Shown here in pieces: positions 52,151 through 64,000 of a DNA stretch of 64,000 nt; the stretch's first letter is position 1; each line of letters begins with the position of its first letter. This DNA is from Camelus dromedarius (lineage: Eukaryota). Both the position numbers and the translations under genes were made by a program. The stretch lies in contig NC_087436.1 of assembly GCF_036321535.1 (NCBI RefSeq), forward strand, positions 95,234,001 through 95,298,000, given 5' to 3'. The notes beneath the pieces are model-generated. The model was not told the DNA's origin and searched no databases. It worked only from the letters and a program-made list of their open reading frames with translations.

Positions 52151-54444
52151 TTTCCAGACAAAGCAATGGGAAAGGTCTTTCTACCATAGTTACCAGCTAC
52201 CCCTGAAATCAAGCTACTAGAGGCTTCCACTTACCAGCTGCATCACTGAGATGCGCTGTTGTCACCACCACCACCACTCCCTTCCTAAGCCCTGCCCTGC
52301 CTGACTTCCAAACTTAAGAATATAGTGCTCTCTGTAGCCCTACAACTATTGAAAATGTTTTCAGACCTCCCTCCCACCCCATGACCATCAACATTGCATC
52401 CAAAGAGGCATCAACATCTTTAAAGCATTCTGTATGTACATGGTATGTATAATCTTTAAAATCTTCACAATATATGCGTGTATTTGCAAATGCCTTAAAG
52501 TGCAATGGATAGGTATGCATGTTTGTATACATACACACACACAATGCATATTTACATATGTGAATATACATATGTATAATCTCCAAATTTCCAAGAAAAC
52601 AAATTGCTTAGTTGGGGTTACCTATTGCTACCTAAGACACTAAACTTTATTAAATTCCCCCCAAATCAGAAATAAAAGGCAGCCTCCAGCTTACTTTGCT
52701 AGCCAAAGAAAGCCAGCAGAACCAACCAGCTTTGGAAGTGCTTGGCTGATACAAAAGTTAGTCTACCTTTTCCTTTGAGAAAGCTTTCTTACTGGAAGAG
52801 TGTTAATGATTTCTTCCCTTCCTTTCTTGTCTAGAATAACATGTCCTGTGACACATGCCAAGGTTTGAATGACTAACAGCTGACAGTAATGGACTATTGA
52901 CTAAGGGGTGGGATGGGAGATGTGTTTTATATGTATAATTGTCTCCACCGAGCTCTCTCTCTGTGGTATCTCCCTGTTAATGATTCCCAAATTGTTAGAA
53001 TTCTTGACGGCCACGAGAGGGACCCTTAGGTTTGAGAAAGAGGAAGGAAGTTTTCTTTTATTAATAGCAACCATGAGAATAATGATGATAGCATTTATAA
53101 GAGCAACAATCAACCTGTATATAATGCACAATTATAATCCTCATTTACACAAATTACCTCATTCATGTTTCAGTGTTTGCTATATTACTTCATTTATGTC
53201 TTGTGACTGCCCTGTGAGGTAAGTTCTAGTATTATCATCCTGATTTTACAGACGAGGAAAGTAAGGCACAAAGTCACATGGCAGTGGCAGAAACAGGATT
53301 CGAACCCAGTCAGCCCGTCCAGCTCTGGAATCCACCCTGCTGATCACTTAGCCATGTTGTCTTTCACCGCTTTTACTCAATTCAGTCCTGGAAGGACAAG
53401 AAGAGCCATCTAGCTGAGGGGAGCAGGGGTGTTTCCAAAAGCCCTCAGAAGACTGGTGGCTTTGAACTTGAGGCCCCAGATTTCTGGGTCACCCTTTCCA
53501 GCAGGAGGCGCCCACAGTACACATTTTCTGGGTTCCCCCTTCAAGACTGATGCCTCAGCTATTGAGAACCACAACTCCTGACCCTTATCAGGAGAAGCCC
53601 TCGTCTTAAATTTTGTCCATCATTCTTGATATGGCTATAGCTCACTAATCCAAGCAAGGATCCAATACATGGAAACAATCAACAGCGATCCAGCATGTTT
53701 CTCAGAGGACCTGCAACAGGCATGGATAACCACAAACCCAATAAACCTGCAGAAGCCCCAGCAGATAGACCACAAAGACATCAGAGACAGCGATTTTTTT
53801 CTCAACACCCTCAGAAGACTAGCCACCGCTCTCGGGGTGGCCTTGACCACACTGGTCCTCCTGCCTGGCAGTCAGGAGAGGGTACCATGCTGTGCTCACT
53901 GCGTTGTCCCCTTTGGAACTTGCACCCAGGTGTTTTCTCTCTCGAGTGACCTTTGTCACACCCTTTGCAGGAAATTAGCTCAGAGGAGCTACCCCAGAAA
54001 GCCAGACTTCAACCTGCACCATAGACAGAAACGCCAGGAGACCAGGTTCGGCAGAATTTGTACCTTTCACAGTGTTGGGAAGCAAATAAGGGCTATTATG
54101 CTGTAAAGGGTCTGTCCCCCTCACAGACGCTCCCTCCGCCCTTGCAATCCTCTGCAGTAAAGACCCAGTGAGGAGCCGCACCTGAAATGGGGGCCTCAGT
54201 CTAGTGGCAGCAATAGAGTTGACTGCTCTGGGAATGCAAGTTTCTCCGACATCCTACACATTCCCCAGCTGCCCTGAGGGGCTCTAGCAGGCTTCCAGGG
54301 ACCCTCATCAGCCCCTCCAAATGGTCCTTTTTCTACACACACTTTGGTAGAAGAAATCTGATTTCAAATTGAAAGAGAGGGAAAACAGAGAGAGAGACAC
54401 CCCACCGCTAGCCTCCAGGGAAGGGCTGGGGGAGATTCTAGATC

Positions 54445-54650
54445 TGCCTGGGTTCAAATTCTAGATCTGCTGAGCAGCCCTCGGGCAGTTTATTTACCTT
54501 CTCTCTGTACCATGGTGTTCTCATATGTGAAATGAAGATAATAAAATCCACCTCATAGGGTCGTTGAGCATCTCCAATGAATTAAGGCAGGTAAAAATTA
54601 AACACAGGGCTCGGTGCACAGGAAGCCCTCAGTAAATCTTAGCTGTTGTA
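54445..54650 (+). mobile_element. MIR
   Basis: ctgcctgggttcaaat...ctcatatgtgaaatgaagataata...cctcatagggtcgttg. Confidence 0.75.
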
Positions 54651-56574
54651 ATTAAACCCACTCACGCAGGCAGCAGTCTGTGAGAAAGGACTCACTCTCC
54701 TTCACTACCGCAAACTCGATTATGGGGACCAGGGCAGGTTCTTCTGCTCTGGGTGACACTGGTAAGCTTCCTGTCTTCCCCCAAGAACATCACGCCCCGC
54801 TCATCTCCTCCAAACTGCAAACCCCATCCTTCAAGGTAATTAACTAGAGACCATGCTGAAGATTTCTATCCTGGAATTGGGTTCCTGGGACTTTGTCCTC
54901 GTGACTAACTGGCTTGGAGTTGAGGTCAGTGGAAGTTCAAGAGGGCCTGAATAATGACTTTTACTGCTTATTGATTTGTGGCATTTATAAGCCAAAGCAC
55001 CCGGCCTCCGGGGCCAAGACCGCAGGCACAACAATGCGGCCCTTCTCCAGCAGCCCTGTTTACCTTCCGGGAGCAGGCAGGGTGTGGCCAGAACTTCTGG
55101 GGTGGCGACAGCACAGCACCAGGGTGTGGTGAGAATGCAGGGTGTGGCTGCCCGGGCCAGGCCCTGGAGACAGCAGCCCAGAAACAAGCCAGGACAGCCC
55201 AGGTCTGAACGTGGAGACCCCAGCGTTCCTGCTCTGTGTGGAGCGTTTGTGGGAACGCAGGTTCTCTGCTCCTCAGACACAACAACAGCAACAGCAATAA
55301 TAATAGCATATCTTTATGGAGAATATTCTAGCAGCACGTGGCACCCTGCAGCTCCCCCTTGATTGCCAAGGTCACGGGCTGGGTGTGAGTCTTGCATCAC
55401 TACTCACTAGCTGAGTGACCTTGGGGACTTTACTTACCTTTCTCTTCCTCAACATCCTCACCTCTAAGAAGTGGGGGTGTTAAAAGCACCTTCCTCGAGG
55501 GCAGAGCTGGAGGCCCCCACCCAACCCCATGGCCAAGGTGCTGGAGCCTGGTGAGCCTGGGAAAGGGCAGGGAGAATTAAATCATGCGATGTCAGAGGAG
55601 GCAGATTTGTCTTGGTGACTTGAGGATACTGGTTCTCTGTAGGTATCAGTAGGCAAAGCTAAGGATCCAGAAAAGAATTGACAGAGAAGGAATTAAAAAT
55701 AAGATTTGATAGGAAAGTACTTACCTTGATCCTGAGATAAAGTAAACCAACTGGCAGAGGCAGTAACTGAGCAGAGTCTGGAGCATAGAAAACCAAAATC
55801 TGACTCACTGACATCAGTGTGAACGAAACTGAGATTAACAACATAAAACATTTGATGGATCATAAGAAGGCTTTCAATCAAGTAAATAAATATGCGGAAG
55901 GGAGTTGGGGAAGAAAAGCGCCTTCCTCCTCCAGTTGTACAAGGATCATGTGGAAAGCCCTGGAATAGCTTCTGGCCCCAGGCAATGTGAGTAAGTTTAG
56001 CAATCACTACTGTAGATTTCACACGTGTGATTTCATGCCATCTCGTAGCAAGCCTGGGATAGAGGGCCTCTGCCCAGGAGAGGCTTAGGCACACTGAAAC
56101 AAAGGAAGCAAAGCTAGGTTTCAATCCCAGGATTATCTGCTTCTGAATCCCAAATTCTAGGTCCAAAAATCACTGTGCCGAACTGCCCTTTATTTACTAA
56201 TTCCACGCGAAGAAACATCAGTTGAGCCCCTTCCTATGAGCCGAGCTGCTGTGACCTTATTGAATTCACTGGAAGTTCCAGTCACTCAATTTATAAGCAC
56301 AGAAGAGAAGCACTCTTCTGACGGGGACGGAGCTGGGCCCTGGATCCATCTCCAGAATGTTAGCCTTGCCTACAAGGAGCTCACGGGCCAGTCTGCAAGC
56401 AAAGAGCCCCTGTGTTGGCATCGAGCACCTTTGTAAGTCCAATGACTCTCTCTGCTTGCAGCACCATTTGGACAATTTCTTGAGCTTCCTCATCTCTTTT
56501 GAGGGCCTTAACTAAACCATCTGCCCCCACTTTACTTGAAATTCCCATTTCTAGGTCGAGGTTTAAAGTGGAGA

Positions 56575-56800
56575 GTTAAGAGTCACAGATACAGAGAACA
56601 AACTAGTGGTGACCAATGGGGAGAGGGAGAGGGGAGGGGCCAAACAGAGGTCGGGGGAGTGGGAGGTACAAACTACTGGGTGTAAGGCAGGCTTCAGGGA
56701 TGTATTGCACAACTCCGGGACTACAGCCAGTATCTTGTAATAACTGTAAGCGGAGTGTAACCTTTAAAAATTGTATTAAAAAAGTAAAAAGAAAAGTTGG
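56575..56800 (+). mobile_element. L1 3' end fragment
   Basis: cacagatacagagaacaaactagtggt...gaggtacaaactactgggtgtaag...ttgtaataactgta. Confidence 0.8.
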
Positions 56801-58704
56801 AAGATTTCCAATATTAAAAAAAAATGAAGTGGATTGTTAAAGAGAAAGGAAGAAACTGGGAGAGGCATCGATCATTTCTTCCTCAGTTATCAGTTTATCC
56901 TTGAAAGACTAGAAAGATTTGATAAGGGTTTGAGGAAAGACCTCTATAGGGTACACACCCCTCTGGGCATGGGCCTGTGCTAAGTAGTGAGTTTTGGGAA
57001 ACTGCTCCCAGATTTTGGAAAAGAGATGAAGAAAAATGTCACTTACTGAGAAACTGAGAAGAAAGTCATTGATGAATGAGGTCTCTGCAGGGGCTCCCCG
57101 CCCCCAAGATGTGCTGTAGGTTGCTGCCCAGGGCGAAATGTGAAACGCCACGATCAAATCCATGCGTCTATGAGACAGGTATTTGTGGAATACCCTACAG
57201 GCACTATGTGAAACAGTGGGGATTCCAAGATGAAGCAAACCCAGGCCCGGACTCCAGGTGCTGCAGAGTATAACCTGGAACTAAATGTAAACAAAGACTG
57301 GTGTGACCTAATCAACTGAATTGATCTGGGTGTTCAAAGCTTTGACGTGACAATGGAAGTGTGCGGCCAGCACGGTGTCCTAGAAAGGAGGCGTTCAAGC
57401 CCACTCCTGTAGTGTTTACCCAGACCCCAGGAGGGCCCAGGCTCCCGTCAGGAGAAGTGTGAGCTGCCCGGGGCCAGAGGAGCCTTTTTTGGGCTCTCCA
57501 TACCTGCATGAACTGGTCATGTTAGCAGTTACAGAGGTTTCCTCTGGGCACAGGGCTGCTCTAAGCATTTGACATCGGATGGGCCATTTAATCCTCACAA
57601 TAAACCTGTGGAGTAGACAGATGTACTCTCCCCTCAGCAACTCCCAAATCTGAGGCCTTGAGAGGTAAAGTAACTGAAGGTGAATATCTCAGAGAGCTAC
57701 TCAGGTGCCAGGGACGAGCCGCTGGCACTGGGGCCCCTGCTCCCACCCACAGCACCAGCAGTCCTTCTGCTGGCACCAAAATAGCCTTTTCATGAGTGGC
57801 TTGGGTTCCTTGGTCACTTGATCCCAGGTGGGTGCTGCACAATGTGTACAGGCCTCTCATTGCAACTTAATTATGTGGCATCGGATTTATACCCTAGTCT
57901 CATGTAAATGTGGGCTCCATACATTGGTTTCCCTGAGCCTGACAGCCTCAAGGTGCTCAAAGGAAATAAAATTCCCTACTAGGAACCTCAAAGCACCAAA
58001 CCCCAAGGCAAATGGGGTCGGGTCCCATCAGAAAACAAGTAATACAGGTCACACAGCAGCAGAACCAAGGGTAGAACCCAGTCTCCTTGGCTTCAGCCAT
58101 GTTTCTTTATACCTGGAAAGGAAAAGAAAGGAGGACTTCAGATGCACAGGAATCGAGTTCTGAGAATGTCGAAGCCACACTTAGAAGCATGCTTTTAAAG
58201 TAACTGAGATTGAGGACTTGCACAGGTACCGTGGAGTTTTTTCCTATCAGCAGCCTCACTCACGGGGATGGCTCTCTCGGGGTGGGAGCTTTGAGGGGCT
58301 CGCAGAGTGGGTGGGAGCCCAGGGCCCGTGAGAGTGGGGGAGATGGGGAGAATGGGACCAAAGGTGGACAAGCCTGGTTTGGAGTCTTCAGGTTTAGAAT
58401 CCAGGGAAGGTCTTAGACTTTTCCTGTTAGAGCCTTAGGACTTGTGTGGTTAGGGAGAGATGGGCCGGGCCCTAGGGACATGGATGTGGACTGGGAATTG
58501 AGAAGGCTGATGGCAAGGTTCCTGACCCCATCCATTTCCAAGCCCTAGAGGTATTAGAGCAGGACCCAGAGGATGCAGTTCTAGTCGGAAAGGAGCTTGG
58601 ATTTGACCTTACTGACAAAGTCTTGTAAGAATAGGGCCTCCAGGTTTGGGGGAAAGGTACTTCTGGAATCCAGGAAATCTGAAAGAGCCAGAAAGCATTC
58701 ATGG

Positions 58705-58995
58705 TTTCAGTTCAGTTTGATTCAATTCAGTTCAATTTAACTCAACTCAACCTAGCTGAATTCAGTGTATTCAACTAAACATTTACTGTGTACCACGCAC
58801 TGTACTGGAAGCCAGAAATACAACAGTGAACAAGACAGGCTGACTCCTGCCTGCAAGAAGTTTATAGTCTAAAAGCAGAGGCAGATAAAAGCACAATTAA
58901 ATCCACATTTAATCACAAATTGCAGTGCACGCCATGAGACCGTTGTGGCAGAGAATAAAGGAGAGCTGCTTTAGACAGTGTCCTCCTTCTCTAGG
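58705..58995 (-). mobile_element. Pentamer repeat (ttcag/ttcaa/ctcaa) plus LINE-2 fragment
   Basis: Degenerate pentamers are followed by aaacatttactg...gaaatacaacagtgaacaagacag. Confidence 0.65.
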
Positions 58996-60676
58996 AAGTG
59001 ACTTCCTCTGCAGCTTGTGGGATGCGGGGCCCCCGGGGGAAGTGGCTGCCGGTTAGCAGTGCGCCTCCCTGCAGTGCTCCCATCTCCAGAGTCAGCACTG
59101 CCCAAGCCTTATTGCTTCATCCAGCCTCTGATGCTGTTGAAAGATTTTTTTTTTTTTTTTTTTACAGTATCTAGATTTTCCAGTTTTTCCTGGCAGCAGC
59201 TTTGGTTTGCTGTAGGCTACTCTACTCTGCATGGAAGTGGAAGTCACATGACTTTTACTTTCATACCCTTTTTTCTTTCCTTTTTAACTATGTAAGTTGC
59301 TCTTTGTAAAAATTGATTTTAAACAATGGGAGTAGATGGAGTAACTGTGACGGTTGTCTTAGCCCCTTGTCATGACTTTCTGCCAATAGGTAACTGTTAA
59401 AAGTGAACCTTCTTCCCCTCCCTGACGTCTCTCCTCCACGAGGCATTGTGGCGCCCTCTTCCCCTCCCTTCCTCTCACTTTCTGCCGTGGCTGGGGGAGG
59501 AAGGGGGTGGCTTGGCCTAGCTGGCAGATTCGAGAACACTACTGGGCATGCTCAGTTCGGGTTTCCCTCTCTCCCTCCTGAGACTGAGCTGCCTGCAAGA
59601 AACACACATTCTCCTCTGCCCTAAGTTTTACCAGGTCCTCCTCCCCCAGCGTGGGAAAGCCACTCCAGACGTATGTTGCCCCAGTGGCACAGGTAAGTTA
59701 ACCCAATCCTGGACTTAGCCCATTGGAACCACACACCAAGTATGCACTCCAGCTTAGCATTTATCAGTTAAGAAAAAGGCTGGGGGGGGGGGGAGGGATA
59801 TTTTGAACCACATCTGACATGCCTTTTGTGAGACCTAATTCTCATCCTGAATCTCAGCTGCAAGAGAGCATGGGAAATGTAACGTTCGTTTTCCAGGCTC
59901 TGTAGTAAGCACTGCAGGAAGGTGCATTAGGAAGTAGCTTGGAGTGCAGAGGCCAGTTCCACACATCCAGGTGAGCATCAGTGGTGTGTATGATAGCTTA
60001 TCTCTCATCTACCCCCCACGGCCATTAGTATCTGAAGCACCCTAATCAGAAACCCACAGTTGAGGTATGTGGTCCAATATTAAAGTTATGTCATCTGCCT
60101 CTGTTCACTGGAGTCAAATGAATTTTACCAGGAGAACCTGACAGTTGTTGCCTAGTAAAATTAGTTTAGATTCTCTTGCAACAGGTTCCTGGAAATTACA
60201 TATATATATATTAAATTTTGATAAACACTATTAGGTTATTTTCTAAAAGATCTCCATCCATCCTCTGTTCACAGGCGTGGAGAATGTCCTTTTCCTGTAA
60301 CCCCAACGACTCTGGGGTCTCTCTTCATTGCGTTTGCCTGTTCTCCTTATTCTGAAAGCACAGATAGTAATGTAGTGAATTACATTATGGGCTACTGGGC
60401 AAAGTACTGCATTGCACTGATCACGATTTTGTTTAATTCTGAAACCTTATCAGGTAGATATGAACTGCTTTGGTTTTTTCAGAGAGGTTTAGAAGCTTCC
60501 CAGATGTTCAGAATGGTAAAGGACAAAGCAGGAACTTGAACAAAGGTGTCTGTTCAGAAGCCTGTGCATTTAGGAGCAAAAATGTTTTTTTAAAAAAGGG
60601 ACAAATTTAATGACGAGGGCTGTTATTGTTTTAAAAATAGTATTTAGTTGGTTTTTGATTACTCAACTAGTACCTC

Positions 60677-61536
60677 GAAGATGGTGGAGCAGAAGAAACT
60701 TGAGCTCACCTCCTCTCACGAACACAACAAAATCACAACTAACTGCTGAACGAGCACTGATAACAAAGACTGGAACCTACCAAAAAAGACCTTCTACTTC
60801 TAAAATCATAGCAAAGGAACCACGAGATGGTGGGAAGAGTACACTTGTGATATAATCAGATGCCATACCCTTGGGTGGGCAACCCACAAACTGGAGAATA
60901 ATTATACTGCAGAGGCCCTCCCACAGGAGTGAGAGTTCTGAGCCCTATGTCAGGCTCCCCAGCCTGGGGGTCTATCATCAGGAAGAAGAGCCCCAGAGCA
61001 TTTGGCTTTGACGGCCAAAGGCGCTTAACTGCAGGAGTTCCACAGGACTGGGGGAAGCAGAGACTTCATTCTTAAAGGGCACACACAAAATCTCATGCAC
61101 ACCAGGACCCAAGGGCAAAAGCAGTAACTTCATAGGAACCTGGGCCAGACCTACTTGCTGGTCTTGGAGGGTCCCCTGGGGAGGCAGGAGGCAGCTGTGG
61201 CTTGAGGCTGACATCTTGCCTGGATCATTAGCATCAAGACTTGGCCCCACCCAACAGCCTGTAGGCTCCAGTGCTGGGATGTCTCAGGCCAAACTAAGTG
61301 GGTGGGAACACAGACCCACCCATCAGCAGGCAGGCTGCCTAAAGACTTATTGAGCACACAGCCACCTCTAGACATGCCCCTAGAAAGGGCACTGCCCACC
61401 AGAGGGACAGCATCCAGGTCCACCCATCAGTGACAAGCACCAGCCTTTCCCGCCAGGAAGCCTGCACAAGCCTCCAGAGCAGCTTCACCCAGCAGGGGGC
61501 AGACACCAGAAGCAAGAAATTTACCATCCCACAGAC
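60677..61536 (+). mobile_element. L1 5'UTR (cetartiodactyl-type) without ORF1/ORF2
   Basis: Starts gaagatggtggag...gagctcacctcctctc; contains cccacaaactggagaata, ggctccccagcctgggg and caccagaagcaagaa; no ORF1 follows. Confidence 0.75.
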
Positions 61537-61609
61537 CTTAGAGTCTGTGTTCTCTGGCAGGGTCTGCAGATGAGCTGGATTGTCAACCAGGTCTGCAGCC
61601 CAATAGGGT

Positions 61610-61950
61610 CTGAGGTGGATTTGCCGTGAAGCTAATGTGCTTCAAGGGCCTCACTGCACGGGCTCCTCCACGTCTGGGAGGGTGCCAGCGCCACGTTCCC
61701 TCACCATCTATTTCTATGGTATTTGCAGAAGCAGGATATTTCAGCTGCAATTGGTCAAGACTCCTGTCTGCTTCCTTGGTGATTTCTGCTTGGATTAATG
61801 AGACTAGAACAGCTTTGGACACTTTTGGGATTCACTTAAAGGATATTAACTGGGGAATTTCACTTTGGGCTTCGAAGGGTGTATTCAAGTTTTCACATTA
61901 CTTCCTTGCTGCGTTATTGTCAGTGTGGGAATAACATCCAGGAATATTTT
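61610..61950 (+). mobile_element. hAT-Tip100 (Arthur1-like) DNA transposon fragment
   Basis: gaggtggatttgccgtgaagctaatg...cttcaagggcctcactgcacgggc resembles the recalled terminus. Confidence 0.5.
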
Positions 61951-62559
61951 TATCACCCACTGGGCTGGCTCAATGTGATGGAAACACGAAGCTGCAGGGC
62001 CAGAGGTTGTACAGCAGTAAGAGACCATCCTGTGGCATCTGGCCCAGATGTGCCAGTGGAAGAAAAGCAAGGTTTGAAATGTACAGGGTCAGAAGCTCAG
62101 CCATGGGAAATGCTCGCAGTCATCAGGCATGTAAAATCATAAGCACGGGCCTCAGTTCTCATCAACACCCAGTCTTTTCTGTCAAATATCTTCTCCTAAT
62201 GCAATGGATATAATTCTAAATGAAGCATACACATCTTTCCTTTTTGGTGGAATCACAAGAAGTAGACTTTTTTTTCAGGATTTCTGTATTTATAGGGCAC
62301 AAACTGCAGTGTTCCTACAAAAGCAAGAACATGTGCGTGGGAAGTCACATTTTATGCATCCAATTATTAATAATAAAAACCAAATTTTAATCAAGCGTAC
62401 TAGAGGAAAGACTGACTTGTCTTTCTATTCTTTCTCTTTATGAAGTTGTTGTCATAGAAAGAGGCTCTGCAGCCAAAAACATGCAAAAAACAAACATTGT
62501 TGAAAGGATCAGGCAGTTCATTAACAGTATGAAATTTTTAGAGATTCTGTAATGTTTAA

Positions 62560-64000
62560 TGCAGCTATCAGCTTTTTAAGTGTATAGTTTATTGGGATTT
62601 CTTTTCTAATTTGAAATAAATGTTCATAATCATAACCAGTTTCATATTTTTATATTATGTTTATATGTGTCCATATTTTTATATTCTTTTTTTGTAAGAG
62701 CCTCTTTCGTCTCAAATGGAGAAGCTTCAGATCCCACAGAACTATCTACTCCTAACTAAATTACATGGCATTTCTGAGACTCATTTCCCATATAGCTGCC
62801 AGCCCACCTCTCTTTTCCTACCACCTCTTCCAATAAGGTTGTATTTCTCCCTGAATTTTTTGGCCATTTTCACTTACCCAGATAATCTCTTATTTAATCC
62901 TAGTCAACACATCTTCCCAGGTGTTAAATTCTTATAAAATCAGTAGCAGAGATCTTTGCAATGCCCAGCAGGCAAAGTTCTTGTAGGCATATTAAATTTA
63001 ATCTAATAAAAACTCAAGTGCAACCAATTGTTTCCCTCCATTTTTTATTAGGGAGGAGAGGTCTTGAAAAGAAATGAACCAGATGACGTTTTTTCTCATT
63101 TAGAATATTCAGCTCAGCTGTTGGCTCACTATTTTGTTTTTAATAATAAGAGAGTTCTGATCAGGAAGGGTGAAAGATTCCGCTTATTGAAAAAAATATG
63201 TGCAATAAACCTAGGCCTGGTTGCACAATCTGACATGAATTTTCAAGGGAGTGCTGGGGAGCCCGCTAATGAATGCACAGCTGGCACATGAGTTACCAGA
63301 CTGGACATTTTACAAACGTTTTCTAGTCTAATTTTTTTCCAGCATAGAATTGAGTTGCTCATGTTAAGAGTAACGATGACATGCTCTGAGCTGAGGTGTA
63401 AGTCATCTTTCTTCCTTCCTTTCTCCCCTTCTACCCTAGTTTCTACTGTCATTCTCCTGTCTCCACTATACACACTTTAAGTTGTGGCCTTAAATATGTC
63501 TGTGTTCTTATAAAACATGTTATTTTGTTTTGTATGCATATGTGTGTCTCATTTATATGAATGGCATGTGATATATATATGTATATATGGCTTACATGTG
63601 TTCACTGACAGTCCTTGTGTAGATATTGGCAATGTCTTCTTCCATTCTGTTAACTGTTGCTAACTTTGTTGAAAGAAATGAATTTTGGTGCAGTCAAATC
63701 CATCAAAATTTTGCCATATGGTTTATACATTTTCAGTCTTGTTCAAGAAATCTCCCTAACATGGACCTCACAACAATGGTCTCCTACATTTTCTTCAGTT
63801 AGCATTTAGTTTTTTTTTTCTTTTATTCCAGACATCCATTTTTGTGTATAAGTAGAAAAATCCAGCTTACTTTTCTCCAAATAGTGATTCAGTTCCTTCC
63901 CATCATTTCCTAAATAGTTTTTCATCTGTTAATGTGTGGTACTAACTTTCTCACATATCAAGAGCCCATGTATACAAGGATGTATGTCTGACTTGCCTGC
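62560..64000 (-). mobile_element. Degraded antisense L1 fragments
   Basis: cagtcaaatccatcaa, ttgttcaagaaatc, aatccagcttactttt motifs. Confidence 0.5.

Noticed and set aside
54840..55362. Overlapping GC-rich ORFs
   Set aside because: No recognisable domain; open frames are expected at this GC content.
1..64000. CRISPR arrays, operons, rRNA or prokaryotic defence systems
   Set aside because: The sequence is mammalian, with no repeat-spacer arrays or prokaryotic gene organisation.

Overview
Mammalian genomic DNA from the TLR6-TLR1-TLR10 cluster. The host is most likely a camelid, inferred from two tRNA-Ala-derived SINEs that resemble the camelid Vic-1 family and from artiodactyl-like TLR proteins. 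Two intact single-coding-exon genes lie on the + strand: TLR1 (1899-4289, 796 aa) and TLR10 (19017-21452, 811 aa). Likely TLR10 non-coding 5' exons lie at about 12.6, 17.6 and 18.5 kb. The remaining ~42 kb has no recognisable intact protein gene. It is dominated by transposon fossils (L1, L2, MIR, MLT1, LTR16, hAT), a heavily deleted class III (ERVL/HERV-S-like) provirus with a collapsed gamma-type env inserted in a MIR, an orphan L1 5'UTR, a 474-bp pure-purine tract next to a small CpG-rich promoter-like block, and candidate enhancers. The most notable leads are an unexplained three-exon-like, phase-compatible decayed reading frame at 26.5-28.4 kb, retroelement remodelling of both TLR poly(A) regions, a Phe-to-Ser change in the TLR10 BB-loop, and a TLR1/TLR10 TIR tract suggestive of gene conversion. 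Repeat family names and comparisons with human or pig sequences are from memory and need database confirmation.
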